Assembly (NCBI GenBank): GCA_040758355.1
Contig: JBFLWF010000011.1
Coordinates: 16,041-80,040, forward strand
Length of the DNA stretch: 64,000 nucleotides
Direction of reading: 5' to 3'
DNA from: Nitrospirota bacterium
Lineage (GTDB): Bacteria > Nitrospirota > Thermodesulfovibrionia > Thermodesulfovibrionales > Dissulfurispiraceae
The notes beneath the pieces were generated by a model, which was not told where the DNA came from, did no database searches, and was given only the letters and a program-made list of their open reading frames with translations. The position numbers were made by a program, and so were the translations under genes. Of the stretch, positions 1 to 11,558 are shown piece after piece (within the stretch, counting starts at the first letter, position 1; each line of letters starts with the position of its first letter).

Positions 1-48
1 ATCAAAGAGTATGGCAAGAATAATGATAAGGATTATTATTTCAGGCAT
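1..48 (-). CDS. PiT-family inorganic phosphate transporter, N-terminal fragment (runs off the window)
   Basis: Manual translation from the ATG at 48 gives MPEIIILIIILAILFD. It overlaps the DUF47 stop codon, and DUF47-PiT is a typical pairing. Confidence 0.7.
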   Translation of the reverse strand, partial: MPEIIILIIILAILFD

Positions 49-658
49 ATTTAAGGACTATTGCCTCAAGAATATTCGAGACATCCTCACACCTGTCGGA
101 CGCATCCTCGAGATGCTCATATACCTCTTTCCATTTTATTATGAGGATAGGGTCTTTTATTTCATCAAATAATTTTCCAAGCGCATCTCTGAAATCCCTG
201 TCTATGCTGTTCTCAAGCCTGTTTATCTCGATGCAGTATTCCTGGACGTGGGAGTAATTCTTTTCTTTGAGCTTTCTTATTGCCTTGTGCATGACTTCTG
301 TTGTCATGAGCAGGTCTTTCGACATCGAGACAGCCTCTTTTGTTGATTCCTTGATCTTGAAGACCACAAGCCTGTCCACAGCGCCCCATATAAGGTCAAG
401 CACATCATCAAGCCTCGATGCAAGGGCATGCAGGTCTTCCCTGTCGATTGGGGTAATAAAGGTCTTATTGAGCTTTTTCATTATATCGTGGGTAAGAATA
501 TCCCCTTCCTGTTCTACCTCGTATATCTCCTTTGCCCTCCCCTCTATATTGTCAAAGTTCTCCATAAGTGCAACGAGGAGGGAAGCGGCCTTTGTGAGGT
601 TCAGAGATGCCCTGTCAAATATTTCAAAAAAATCTATCTCTTTCGGAAAAAGTTTCAT
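41..658 (-). CDS. DUF47/PhoU-like phosphate transport regulator
   Basis: Motifs FITPIDRED and IKWKEVYEHLE; likely start MKLFPKE. Confidence 0.9.
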   Translation of the reverse strand: MKLFPKEIDFFEIFDRASLNLTKAASLLVALMENFDNIEGRAKEIYEVEQEGDILTHDIMKKLNKTFITPIDREDLHALASRLDDVLDLIWGAVDRLVVFKIKESTKEAVSMSKDLLMTTEVMHKAIRKLKEKNYSHVQEYCIEINRLENSIDRDFRDALGKLFDEIKDPILIIKWKEVYEHLEDASDRCEDVSNILEAIVLKYA

Positions 659-723
659 GATTTTACCCAGCAATAGGATATAGAAAGTTAAAGCATGATG
701 TCAAATGAAATGCTTTTATGGGT

Positions 724-1980
724 TTATAGATATGTGTCTATTATGATGTTTACCTTTGTGCCGCGCCATGGTTCGCTCTCTATCCTCATATTCCAATCAT
801 GTGCGCTGACCAGATGCTTGACAATTGCAAGCCCCAAACCTGTTCCGCCCAGTTCCCTCGACCTTGCCCTGTCAACACGATAAAACCTCTCGCCAAGCCT
901 GTGCAGATGGTTCGGCGATACGCCGATGCCTGTGTCATGGACATAAAGGGTAATCCTGCCCCCTGTCTCATCTATGCCCACAGTCACGCCGCCCTTTTCC
1001 GTAAATTTTATGCCGTTGTCAACAAGGTTGAGTATTACCTGGATAAGCTTGTCCTTATCAGCATAGATCGTCTGTGTGCCATCGGATATAGCCTTTTTCA
1101 AATAAAGCCCCTTCCTGTCAGCCTTCTCTTTCAGGGTCATGAAAACAGTATCAATCACATTTTCTACACTGACCTCGGTTTTTTTTATGGGTATATCTCC
1201 AAGCTCTATCCTCGACAATGTCAAAAGGTCGTCCACAAGGCTGTTCAGCCTTTCACTGTGACTTTTTATCATGCCTAAAAACCGCACTGCATTTTCCTTA
1301 TCATCCATTGCGCCATCGAGAAGTGTTTCCGCAAAACCTTTTATTGCAGTTATGGGCGTCTTTATCTCATGGGATACATTTGCCACAAAATCCTTTCTCA
1401 TCTCCTCAAGCTGCTTCAGCCTCGTAATATCATGCAGTGTAAGAACCGTTCCTGTTACCAAGTCCCCCGAATATACAGGTACTGCCGTGGCAATCAGATG
1501 CATATCCTTGTGAGGTCTCGATATGCTTATCTCCTCTGATGTAATACGCCCCGATTCCAGCGCATTCCTGAAAATATCTATAAGTTGGGCATTTCTCAGA
1601 ACCTCCATTATCTGTTTGCCTTCTATATCATCATTCACAGAAATGAGGCTTCTGAACGGCTGGTTGGCAAGGATCACCATTCCTCGAACATCTGTAATCA
1701 ACACGCCGTCAGACATCCCGCGCAATATGGCCTCCATTCGCTGCATTTCTGTCTCTGCAAAATCAAGCCTTGTCTTTGTCTTTTCCATTAAAGAGGCAAT
1801 ATCCATTACGATGCCGTCAAGTTCTCCTTTTCCTTTAGGGAAAAGCCTTGCATTGAGATTGCCGGATGACAGCTCCTTAAGAAATCCGCTTATTTCTTTT
1901 ATGGATTTCGAAATGCGACTCAGGCGAAAAACAAGAAAAATTACTGCAATGGAGAGTATTATGATTAATAAATAGGCCAT
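724..1980 (-). CDS. phoR: Phosphate regulon sensor histidine kinase (TM-HAMP-PAS-HisKA-HATPase)
   Basis: DFVANVSHEIKTP H-box and ERFYRVDRARSRELGGTGLGL; adjacent to phoB and pit. Confidence 0.9.
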   Translation of the reverse strand: MAYLLIIILSIAVIFLVFRLSRISKSIKEISGFLKELSSGNLNARLFPKGKGELDGIVMDIASLMEKTKTRLDFAETEMQRMEAILRGMSDGVLITDVRGMVILANQPFRSLISVNDDIEGKQIMEVLRNAQLIDIFRNALESGRITSEEISISRPHKDMHLIATAVPVYSGDLVTGTVLTLHDITRLKQLEEMRKDFVANVSHEIKTPITAIKGFAETLLDGAMDDKENAVRFLGMIKSHSERLNSLVDDLLTLSRIELGDIPIKKTEVSVENVIDTVFMTLKEKADRKGLYLKKAISDGTQTIYADKDKLIQVILNLVDNGIKFTEKGGVTVGIDETGGRITLYVHDTGIGVSPNHLHRLGERFYRVDRARSRELGGTGLGLAIVKHLVSAHDWNMRIESEPWRGTKVNIIIDTYL

Positions 1981-2045
1981 AGGCGATAGGCTATAGGCAA
2001 TAGTTTAAGAAGTTGCTTACCGTTGTTTTTACCATAACCTCTTGC

Positions 2046-2765
2046 CTATTGCCCATCGCCTGATTCTATAAAATATCCGACCCCGCGCATTGTCTTTATA
2101 TACAACGGTTTGTTGGGGTCTTCCTCTATCTTGGTCCGGAGCCTTCTTATATGCACATCCACTGTCCTCGGCTCCACATAGACATCATCCCCCCAAACCG
2201 TATCCAGAAGATGATCCCTGCTGTAAATCTTATTAGGCCTTTCTGCAAGATACAGAAGCAGTTTAAACTCTGTGGCGCTCAGCTTTATCTGACGATCATC
2301 TATAGTGACTATGTATTTTTCCCTGTCTATAATCATGTCCTTTATCTTCAATACCTTTCCTGCTGTTATCGGCAATTCATGAACCGCTGTCTTTTCTGCC
2401 CTCCTGAGAATTGCCTTTGTCCTTGCCACCAGTTCCCTCGTACTAAAGGGTTTTGTGATGTAATCATCCGCCCCCATTTCGAGGCCGAGCACCTTGTCGA
2501 ATTCTTCGCCCTTTGCAGTTAGCATTATTATGGGCAAATGGGATGTGTCGGGAATGCCCCTGATAATCTTGCAAAGCTCAAGCCCCTGAATTCCCGGGAG
2601 CATGAGGTCCAATATAATGAGATTGTACTTATTGTTTTTTATTTTTTTCAGGGCAGCTTCTCCGTCATAGGCATAATCGACAGAAAAGCCCTCTTTTTTG
2701 AGGTTGTACGAGATTAATTCAACAATATCCGCTTCATCATCTATGACAAGGATATTTCTCATCAA
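2046..2765 (-). CDS. phoB: OmpR/PhoB-family response regulator
   Basis: Receiver domain plus winged helix (RTVDVHIRRLRTKIE); genomic context. Confidence 0.85.
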   Translation of the reverse strand: MMRNILVIDDEADIVELISYNLKKEGFSVDYAYDGEAALKKIKNNKYNLIILDLMLPGIQGLELCKIIRGIPDTSHLPIIMLTAKGEEFDKVLGLEMGADDYITKPFSTRELVARTKAILRRAEKTAVHELPITAGKVLKIKDMIIDREKYIVTIDDRQIKLSATEFKLLLYLAERPNKIYSRDHLLDTVWGDDVYVEPRTVDVHIRRLRTKIEEDPNKPLYIKTMRGVGYFIESGDGQ

Positions 2766-3835
2766 CCAAGCGCCTTCCTTATATTTTCAATATCTATGCC
2801 CTTCTGAATTTTTACCTTCCCGATCTTCTCAGGCAGGATAAATTTCATTTCCCCTGCCTCTACCTTTTTGTCCAGCTTCATATGCGAAATAAGTTTATCG
2901 GCATTTAAGTCCGCAGGCAATTCAGAAGGCAAACCGTATGAATCTATAACAGCCTTTATCTTCAGGGCATCTTTTCTACCCAGAAAACCCATTATCTCGG
3001 AAAGCCATGCCTCGAGGTTCATGCCTATGGCAATCGCCTCGCCGTGAAGAAATCTTGAGTATCCAGTTTCTGTTTCTATGGCATGACCAATGGTGTGCCC
3101 ATAATTAAGGATTGCCCTCAATCCCGCCTCCCTCTCGTCCCTCGAAACCACTTCTGCCTTTATCTCGCATGAACGCATGATAATATGGGTCAGGGGTAAA
3201 GGGTCAAGGGTCAAGATAGATTCTCTGTGCTTTTCAAGGAATTCAAAAAGCTCCTCATCCCATATCACGCCGTATTTTATTATCTCTGCAATGCCGCACA
3301 AAATTTCTCTTTTCGGCAGAGTTTTAAGCGTATCGATATCTATCCATACAAGCCTCGGTTGGTAAAAAGTTCCTATCATATTTTTGCCGAGTTCATGGTT
3401 TACGCCTGTCTTTCCGCCCACAGAACTGTCGACCTGAGAAAGAAGTGTTGTCGGAACCTGAATGAAATCGATCCCTCGCATGTATATAGATGCAACAAAA
3501 CCTGTTATATCTCCTATCACACCGCCTCCGAGGGCGATAAGGCATGATTTTCTGTCGAGTTTATTTTTTAAAAGCTCGGTCAGTATCTGGTATGTCTGGT
3601 TAAAATTCTTATACTCCTCGCCATCGGGAATAATGACATGGAGAGTCTCAAATCCAGCGTTTTTTATTGAATTTATAACTACATCTCCGTAAAGATTAAA
3701 AACCGTGGGGTTGCTTATAACAGCCACTTTGCTGAAACCGAATCCTTTAATCCTCTCTCCGATACTTGAAAGGATTCCGCTGTCAATTACAATGTCATAG
3801 CTTCTTTCGCCGAGATCAACCCTTACTGTCTGCAT
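2762..3835 (-). CDS. aroB: 3-dehydroquinate synthase
   Basis: GGGVIGD, PTTLLSQVDSSVGGKT, LNYGHTIGHAIE; GGAG ribosome-binding site before the ATG at 3835. Confidence 0.97.
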   Translation of the reverse strand: MQTVRVDLGERSYDIVIDSGILSSIGERIKGFGFSKVAVISNPTVFNLYGDVVINSIKNAGFETLHVIIPDGEEYKNFNQTYQILTELLKNKLDRKSCLIALGGGVIGDITGFVASIYMRGIDFIQVPTTLLSQVDSSVGGKTGVNHELGKNMIGTFYQPRLVWIDIDTLKTLPKREILCGIAEIIKYGVIWDEELFEFLEKHRESILTLDPLPLTHIIMRSCEIKAEVVSRDEREAGLRAILNYGHTIGHAIETETGYSRFLHGEAIAIGMNLEAWLSEIMGFLGRKDALKIKAVIDSYGLPSELPADLNADKLISHMKLDKKVEAGEMKFILPEKIGKVKIQKGIDIENIRKALG

Positions 3836-4091
3836 AATATCTCCAATGTATAAGTATATTACCACATGCTGTTTTTAAAAATTGCACCGAAAATTCCATT
3901 ACTTGCCTATGCTCCATGCCCGATTACTCTATATTAAACCAGCCTGTCAATCCAATATCGTATCTCTCTTGGTTATAGGTTCCATAATATATCTACCTTA
4001 CTGTATTTTAGCAGATTACCGTTCTCCTCTGTCCCTCATCATGCAGCACTTGAAATATGGATAAATGTCCCACTTATCACATGCAACGATA

Positions 4092-7000
4092 TTAACTATG
4101 AATCCTAAAATCCACCGCTACAACACGGATCTCAACAACATCGTGACAAGTTTTCTCTATCTCCAGTGCTTTATCCTCAAGAAGTCTTACCAGCTCAGAA
4201 AAGTCAATGTATCGCTTTTCCGTAGGATGATTCCATTGCTGTTGCCGTCCGATATATCCTAACAGATAAATTCCATAGCGAACATTATAAGCTCTGAGAT
4301 ATTGACCAACAAGCTGGTTTTCTAATCGCTCTAATAGTTCTGGGGCAGTCCAGTTTTCAGCCCATTTGAGTTCTACTGGAACTGCAGGAATGCCCGGATA
4401 TTCAAATCTCAAATCAGGTTTCTGTCCAAAGTCTATTTCCGCTTCTTGAGGTATGTTATACCGTTGCCGTGACCGTTCATTAAGTTTGCGTTGAAACCAA
4501 CGCCTCAAAGCCGCTTCATCCCAATCTTTATGGACCTCTTCGCGCAGACTATTTTCTGTTTGTTCAACCTCGTGCTTGATGTCCTGTAGTCGCCAACAAG
4601 CAATTCTGAATAACTCAGTGTCATTACGTGGATTAGTTTCAAGTCCCTCCGAGAAAGTACGGAAATCATCCACTTTCATAGGAGGTAGATCAACCCTCTG
4701 TGCGAGATGCTGCTCAATTAAATGAGTAATCCAATCTTGATATTTGGATAATTCAGGGGCAGTTTTCAATTCTTTCAAAGCAGTGAGCACATCTGGGTCA
4801 TCAAGCTGTGCCAATCGTTGCAACAAGCTGTTTCTGAAATGTTGAGCGTCATCGCGAGGCGTGGGAGTATATGCTTCGCCGTTGGCGCGATCAATATCCT
4901 CACTCGGACGGACATGGCGATATATCATAGGAATAAATAAACGCATTGCAGATGGCTGTAGATACTCCGGTCTTGCCACTTGAGGGATAGAACGGCTACG
5001 ATATTCATGCAGAGATGCGCACATGTGGAGTACGAGTTCATCGGCTTGCGGCGATGGCAATTCGGCAAGATAAGCATTAAGCCATGTCAACGCGGCTATA
5101 GCGTTTAATTGCAGCCAGACTGAAAGCCATGTAAAAAAGAAAGGGCTATCCGATGCATAGTTTTCTATGCGCTTAGAGGCAAGAGTGCTTAGCTCGGAAT
5201 GATAAATGTTGCCTGACTTCAGGAGAATGGAAATCGCATAGTCAAGAATCTCTGGATGACTTGGGTTTTGCCGTTGTAATTGAGCAAGCAAATCGCTGGC
5301 AACAAGGGACCAGTATCTCTCGCCATGCCACCGAAGTTTATAGAGTGTTTCAGAAACATATTCTCGGTCCCGCTCATATCGCCACTCACCTTCTATGCAG
5401 GCTCTCAGCGTCTGACGAAAAATCTGCGGCTTAGCTCCCACAAAATCCGGCAGCCAATCAGGAAAGCCATTCAGTTCCCAGAGCGCAAAACGGCAGGCAC
5501 GCTCTGCCTCTTGATCAGACAATGCAGAAAAATTAATCTGACCTTTCTGCCATAAAGATTGTAGACCGCATAAGCCGATGACAATTTGAGTGTTCGTCTG
5601 ATTCAAAACTGGTCTTTCATGAGGCAAAATAGGCGTATGGCGGACCCACACAACTTCGCAACCATGTCTAACGGCCCAAGCGATTGCTGGACCTCGTCTT
5701 CTTTTTAGTGCTGCCCAATCGTCAGCGGCCCATGACAATGAGTTGCCTTTGCTTCTTGCCTCATGTGACAGATTGCCTATCCATTGTATAGCAGTTCCAG
5801 AATACAACCTGTAAATATGGCGATGTAATATATATTGATCTTTTATCCAACCCATTGCTCTCTGAAGTCGCCAGCCTTTTCGTCTCCACCAATAATCCTC
5901 TAAAAACTTATACTTAATCTGCCTATACCAAAATGAAATGATAGGAGCAGTCAGCCGCTGCCAAGTATATTTCCAAAATAAACTGTGGAATTCGTGCATA
6001 GCGAACTGAACGTGTAATAGCGCAAACCACTGTTTCCATTGGAAGCGATATGGTTGCCATAACTCGAAAGCAAAACGCATAGATAATAGGCGATCTTCAT
6101 ACGCCTCTAACTGTCCCGCATCAGCAGTCATCCAGAAGATATCTGAGTTATTAAACGAAATGATCTGATGATGCCACCCCGTAGCTTGAAGGAGCCAGCC
6201 AGGTTCTCTTTGATGACTATCTCGATATTTGGCTACACCTTGCCATAGATACTCTCGTTTGACAATTGGATGGGAATATATAGCGTCGGAAACCTCTTGG
6301 TATTCCTTTTCTTCACTATATCCACCATAGTGCCTGTGTGCTTCCATTATACGAATACCTCTTGCAATAACTTTAGCCGCGCACAAACTTAAGTGATAAT
6401 CAGCGAGCAGTTTTTTTAAAATGATAGGAACTATATCGCATAACCAGCTGAATCTGCTGGAAATTGGTTCAACATCCTGACCATGCTCAAGGTATGGTGC
6501 CGTATGCAGCAACTCAACAACAACTTCGAGTAAAAGCGCAGCGAGAGACGGTGTAAGCTTTTCTTCTAAATGATGTTTAAGAGTCCATAGTAGATGCGAA
6601 CCATGACGGCTCTGTGGTTCTGTTCTTCTTATAAGTCCAGCTAAACCGCTTGCATCAATGGCATCAGGATAAAGGGCTTCACAAATTACTCCCGCAAGGC
6701 CGTTTGATATTGTTGCAAAAGTATCCACAATTTCTTTAAGCCTTGTTTTCATTTGAACATCGGCACAGTCGCGTAACGCAGCAGCGGCATATTGTTTGAT
6801 TCTATCATCTTCTGCAGGATCGGCTATTACGGTCAATGCCGCCTCCAGACAGGCTGTCAGCCTGCCATGCCGTACTAATGAAAGCATGTCTGCTCTCAGA
6901 TCATCAGCCAAATAACGATTAAGAATAATATCAGACACATCCGATGCCAAGGCTGGATCAGATAGTCGTGCGAGGGTCTGGGGTTCGTAATCCAGCCAAA

Positions 7001-8363
7001 CTTGCCGTCAATCTTTATAGCGAGTAGTTAATGCCTGAAGAATCTTTCGTTTGTAATCAAGGGGCAACTGAGCCGGATCGCCATAAATGAAATGGACTCC
7101 CGGAGCCGCCTGAAGCAATCTTTCACGCACTAACCTGTTGTGAGGGGCATTTCCACTTGCAAGCCATGCCGCAACCGGTGCAAGTGCCAGGCGCAAAATA
7201 AATTCACCTTGCCGTCTGTCAAACAATAGATCATCAAGCCGATCAATCGGGCAGCCGTCTTTCATGCGTTCATTCAGCCAGGAAGCAGCCAGATACTCCA
7301 AAGTTCTGCGGTGATGGAATCGTATACATCCATAAGTTGCACCATCAAACAAAGGACGATCCAACAGAGAGCGTCTTTCTGCTGCTGACCAATCAGCAGG
7401 AAGACAAATTGATGCATCTATCGCGGCAGATGCCGGTATGAATGCGTCATCCGGCACCTTAAAGTTAAGGTTTTTGCATAACATGGCGGCAGCAGCCAGC
7501 GCCTCCGCGCCTTTCCGAGCTTTTTCCAGTGTCAAATGACAAGCTGTCTCACGCGTTTCACTTTCACGCAAGGAGCGAGTCAGATTGTGTTCAATTAGTT
7601 CAGTAAGACTGCCCAGTCGGCCATAATCTTGCCAGTATTCAACCATGGCATTTACATCTAAAGGACGGCGTGCAAATTCCCATGCATAATGCTCGTTTAA
7701 TGCTTGAATAAAATCATCAGGAGCAGCCACCCCACGCCCTTGAGCGTAAAGTCGTACCCGAGACTGATCAAGAGGCGCAAGATGTACCACCAATAGTTTA
7801 CTGTTCTGATCTTTATTCTCATGATTTGAATAGGGGAGTGGAAATCGGATATTGATCTCATGCTCATCGGTCACACGCCGCCACTCGCTGATACGCGAAC
7901 TAAAGATCAATGAGGCTCGTCTTAAATCCTGAATATTTATAGCATCTCTGATTTTATCCAAAGCAGTCAAAAAGTCGTCAGATTTTCTGAGTTTTGACTC
8001 ATCAACCGAGTCGAAGAAAAAATAAGCGAAATGTCGGCCACGCTTCCATTTCTGAAAGTCTTTTCGATCACACTCGCTGAGAACTTCTGTGAAAGGTTCA
8101 TACACTAAACGATCTAATCTCAATAAAAATGCCTGTTCGGACTGCCTATGCAGCTTGTCTAACTGCAAACGGAATTCAGTGCTCTTTCCACTGCCGGGTT
8201 CACCTAAAATAACAACCAAGCGATGTTGCAGAAGTTCAGACCAGCTAAGACTTGCCTCGCTGCCAAGCCGAGAGAGCAAATAGCTATCTTGCGCTGATTC
8301 TTCCGGATTATCCTTATCTGGTGCTTTGTAGAAGCGACGATTAAGCTCAATAAATTTCGTCAT
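4092..8363 (-). pseudogene. Large NACHT/STAND-like NTPase with C-terminal PD-(D/E)xK nuclease-like domain, interrupted by one in-frame TGA at 7008-7010
   Basis: Walker A GEPGSGKS and Walker B FFFDSVDE; C-terminal QEAE..KPDL..VELKWA. ORFs 7008..8375 and 4092..6950 share one frame, reading RYKD*RQVWLDYEPQTLARLSDPALASDV. Confidence 0.75.
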
Positions 8364-8511
8364 ATCTTCTGGCAAGCTGAACTCTCTGTGTCATTAGAAG
8401 CCATTCTGAACGCGCCCTACTCCTTATTTTTATTTCATGATCGAAAAGGACGGGATTTATCAGTTCAGTTCTCGTTTATTGCTCATTTCACAGCATTGTG
8501 TTAATAGTCCG

Positions 8512-8748
8512 TTATGCAGCCTGAAGTGAAATTTTCCGGACATGCAATATCTCTTTGCTATCCATTAATCTAATATCGTCATGGGTCAGCGTAATTACTG
8601 CAATTGTTCGTCCGTCGGCTGATACAAACTCAACTTCGTACGCCTTGGCGTCACTATAACAATGCACAACCGTGCCTATATCTCCTTCCTTCAGGTCGTA
8701 TTCTTCAATATCATGGATCAGAACCACCGTATCTAATTCTCTAATCAT
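8512..8748 (-). CDS. DUF4926 family protein
   Basis: 78 aa; ELDTVVL..LKEGDIGTVVH..YEVEF pattern. Confidence 0.85.
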   Translation of the reverse strand: MIRELDTVVLIHDIEEYDLKEGDIGTVVHCYSDAKAYEVEFVSADGRTIAVITLTHDDIRLMDSKEILHVRKISLQAA

Positions 8749-8763
8749 AGCTTAAACCTCCTT

Positions 8764-9096
8764 TTAAATAGGATATGTTGTTACAAAACGCGGGCTGGTG
8801 TGCCCCTTGTCGATAATCCAGATTGTCCGCACCTTGACAGCCTCACCCGCCGGCGTTTGAAGCAGCCCGTCTATAACATATTTTACACCATGCATTGACG
8901 ATACCGCTTCTTCCACTTCTTCTGTCCGTGCAATGGTTAACAACCCTTGTTTTAACAAATCCGCATTCATCTCATTAAAACCAAATGAACGAAAAAATTT
9001 AGCCTTTGATTTTCCGATAGGATGCGTTTCTGAGAGCAGATAATCCTTAATCTTTAAAAGCGGGATATATGCTTTTTCTCTGTCAGGAAGCTTCAC
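8764..9096 (-). CDS. DUF6883-like protein (putative toxin/nuclease partner of DUF4926)
   Basis: KIKDYLLSETHPIGKSKAKFF..GF and WIID..PRFVTTYP; overlaps the aroK stop codon (ATGA). Confidence 0.75.
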   Translation of the reverse strand: MKLPDREKAYIPLLKIKDYLLSETHPIGKSKAKFFRSFGFNEMNADLLKQGLLTIARTEEVEEAVSSMHGVKYVIDGLLQTPAGEAVKVRTIWIIDKGHTSPRFVTTYPI

Positions 9097-9605
9097 TCCA
9101 ATATCCCCTTCACCTTCTCGATTATCTCTTCCGCCACTTCGATTGGACTCTTCCCTTCCGTATCTATCATTATATCCGCCTTCTCATAATATGGCTTCCT
9201 GAATTCGAGGAGTTCCTTTATCCTTTGAAGGGGATTATCCACCTGAAGGAGCGGCCTGTCATTGTTGTTGCCCGTCCTTTTAAGAATGGTCTCTGGAGAT
9301 GCAGTAAGGCAGATTATCACTCCGTTCTTCCTGAGATTATCCATATTCTCCTGCCTGAGCACTGCACCGCCTCCTGTGGATATGACTGCATTCTTTATCT
9401 CCGAAAGTCTCTTTATGACATTTGATTCTATCTCTCTGAATTTAGGCTCTCCGTATTGCTTAAAGATCTCTGTTATAGTAATCCCCTGCTCTTTCTCTAT
9501 CTCGGTGTCTGCATCCACCAGCACATATCCCAGTTTCCTGGACAATATCCTGCCCACCTCTGTCTTTCCTGTCCCCATAAAACCTGTAAGAACAATGTTC
9601 TTCAT
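9093..9605 (-). CDS. aroK: Shikimate kinase
   Basis: GFMGTGKT, STGGG, RPLL. Confidence 0.97.
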   Translation of the reverse strand: MKNIVLTGFMGTGKTEVGRILSRKLGYVLVDADTEIEKEQGITITEIFKQYGEPKFREIESNVIKRLSEIKNAVISTGGGAVLRQENMDNLRKNGVIICLTASPETILKRTGNNNDRPLLQVDNPLQRIKELLEFRKPYYEKADIMIDTEGKSPIEVAEEIIEKVKGILE

Positions 9606-9684
9606 AAAATCTCCAAGTGAATGAGTAAATGGGTATATGAGTTTTTACTCATTTACTCATTAACTAATTATGTTAAAATATTCC

Positions 9685-10224
9685 ATGAAACTTTCTTATT
9701 ATACAAGATTTTCATTAATTATTATCCTCGTTTTATTCATTACATTCCCCACAGCAAATGCATCGCAGCAGAAGTTCCGCGTTACAGAAGTCCATGACGG
9801 CGATACTATAAGCATAAGGACAAGGAGCTTTGCAGGCGTACCTCTCAAGATAGAGCGCGTCAGGCTTATAGGCATTGATGCACCGGAGTTGAAACAAGAA
9901 CCATGGGGGAGGCTATCAAAGAGATATTTGAAGAAGCTTATAAGCGAAAGCGACTGGGTTGTAAGTATTGAATTTGATGTTGAACAAAGAGATAAATATG
10001 GGAGGCTTCTGAGCTATGTATGGGATAAAAAGGGACGGTTGATCAATGAAAAAATGATCGAGAATGGATATGCAATGCTCTATACAATCCCGCCGAATGT
10101 AAAATATGCAGAAAAATTCACTGCAGCACAGAAAAAGGCACAAGCACGCCAGATCGGAATATGGGGCAAGAAAGGCCTCAGAAAGAGTCCTGAACAGTGG
10201 AGAATGGAACATCCGAGGAACTAA
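9685..10224 (+). CDS. Secreted thermonuclease (SNase) family protein
   Basis: Signal peptide; HDGDT, VRLIGIDAPE, DKYGRLL. Confidence 0.92.
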   Translation: MKLSYYTRFSLIIILVLFITFPTANASQQKFRVTEVHDGDTISIRTRSFAGVPLKIERVRLIGIDAPELKQEPWGRLSKRYLKKLISESDWVVSIEFDVEQRDKYGRLLSYVWDKKGRLINEKMIENGYAMLYTIPPNVKYAEKFTAAQKKAQARQIGIWGKKGLRKSPEQWRMEHPRN

Positions 10225-11546
10225 ATCTCAAAACTCTTTCTTCTCCTGTACTTCTCAAATTCTTCCCTCTTTTCCTCGTATCCCCTTTTCCCCATCATTC
10301 CATATGTGAGATTCTTTCCTTCCTCGACACCGGGCTGGTTGAATGGGTTTATGCCGTATAAGAAGCCTGCCACTGCAGTCGAGATTTCAAAAAAATGGAA
10401 TAACTGGCCGAGATGGTATGCATCTATTTTGGGAAGTTTTATGGTAATGCTCGGCCTGCCGTTCTTTGCAAGGGCAATCTCGGATGCCTCCTGCTCAATC
10501 CTTATCAGCTCACCGAGAGAATGCCCTGAAAGATAACTCAATCCCTCCATATCCTGAAAAACATCGGGAATATTTATATCAACGCCATAGTCCTCGATTG
10601 ACAAAAACACAACAACCTTGTCTTCAGGCCCTTCCATCCACAACTGCAACTGGGAGTGCTGATCCGTAGTGCCAACAGACGGATATGGCGTGAGGCCTTT
10701 GCCGTCTTTTCCAAGGCTCTCAGCCCACAACTGACAGAACCATTCGGAAAATGACTTCAGGCGGTCTGCATAAGGCATTATCACTGTAATGTTTTTATTT
10801 TTAAGCTGCTGCATAAGGTAGAGACCTGCTGAAAAAAGATATGCAGGGTTCTGCCACAAATCAGCATTCATGCATTTATCATGAATATCCTTTGCGCCCT
10901 TGAGCATATCGTCAGAGCTAATCCCTATCGCCTCAGCAAGGAGCAATCCCACAGGACTTAAGACAGAGTATCTTCCTCCGACTCCATGAGGGATTGGAAG
11001 GGACATAAGGCAGTAATCCTTTACAATCTTCCTGAGGTTGCCTTTCTCCGGGTCTGTTGTAACAATAACATGTTCTTCTAATTTTAATGACTGCTCCTGC
11101 AGTATTTTCCATATGATCATAAAAGATGCAATGGTTTCCGCTGTGCTTCCTGATTTTGTTATAATGTTTATGACTGTTTTTTTAAGGTCTATCAAACTTA
11201 GTATATTCTTTAATGTTGCAGGGTCCACATTGTCGTAAATGAAAACCCTCGGCTTGTTTTTAAGATTGTGAAAGGGGCTTAATGCCTCAAGTATAGACCT
11301 CGGCCCAAGCGCAGAGCCGCCGATTCCCAGAAGCAGGAAGTTTTCGAATTTGCTTGCGTATTTTCCCAATTCCTTTATTTGAGAGGTGTCTGCCTTATGC
11401 AGGTCAAGGAATTCGAGTTCTGGGTATTTCCTTGTTTCTATTATTTCGGCTATTTTTTCAGCGGCGATATTTTTGAAATCATCCTTTGTCAGGCCGTTCC
11501 TGCCCACAGCATCCTGCATTAAATTGGAAAAGTCGATCCTTATCAT
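10221..11546 (-). CDS. pgi: Glucose-6-phosphate isomerase
   Basis: GIGGSALG, TKSGSTAET, VGGRYSV, QLWAESLGK, NQPGVE. Confidence 0.96.
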   Translation of the reverse strand: MIRIDFSNLMQDAVGRNGLTKDDFKNIAAEKIAEIIETRKYPELEFLDLHKADTSQIKELGKYASKFENFLLLGIGGSALGPRSILEALSPFHNLKNKPRVFIYDNVDPATLKNILSLIDLKKTVINIITKSGSTAETIASFMIIWKILQEQSLKLEEHVIVTTDPEKGNLRKIVKDYCLMSLPIPHGVGGRYSVLSPVGLLLAEAIGISSDDMLKGAKDIHDKCMNADLWQNPAYLFSAGLYLMQQLKNKNITVIMPYADRLKSFSEWFCQLWAESLGKDGKGLTPYPSVGTTDQHSQLQLWMEGPEDKVVVFLSIEDYGVDINIPDVFQDMEGLSYLSGHSLGELIRIEQEASEIALAKNGRPSITIKLPKIDAYHLGQLFHFFEISTAVAGFLYGINPFNQPGVEEGKNLTYGMMGKRGYEEKREEFEKYRRRKSFEI

Positions 11547-11558
11547 AACTCCCTCCGG

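Noticed and set aside
680..722. Pho box upstream of DUF47-pit
   Set aside because: TCAT/TAAC words are present but not at a clean 11-bp period.
7008..7010. In-frame TGA as selenocysteine
   Set aside because: There is no redox motif around it and no convincing SECIS hairpin downstream; CGA-to-TGA is the simpler explanation.
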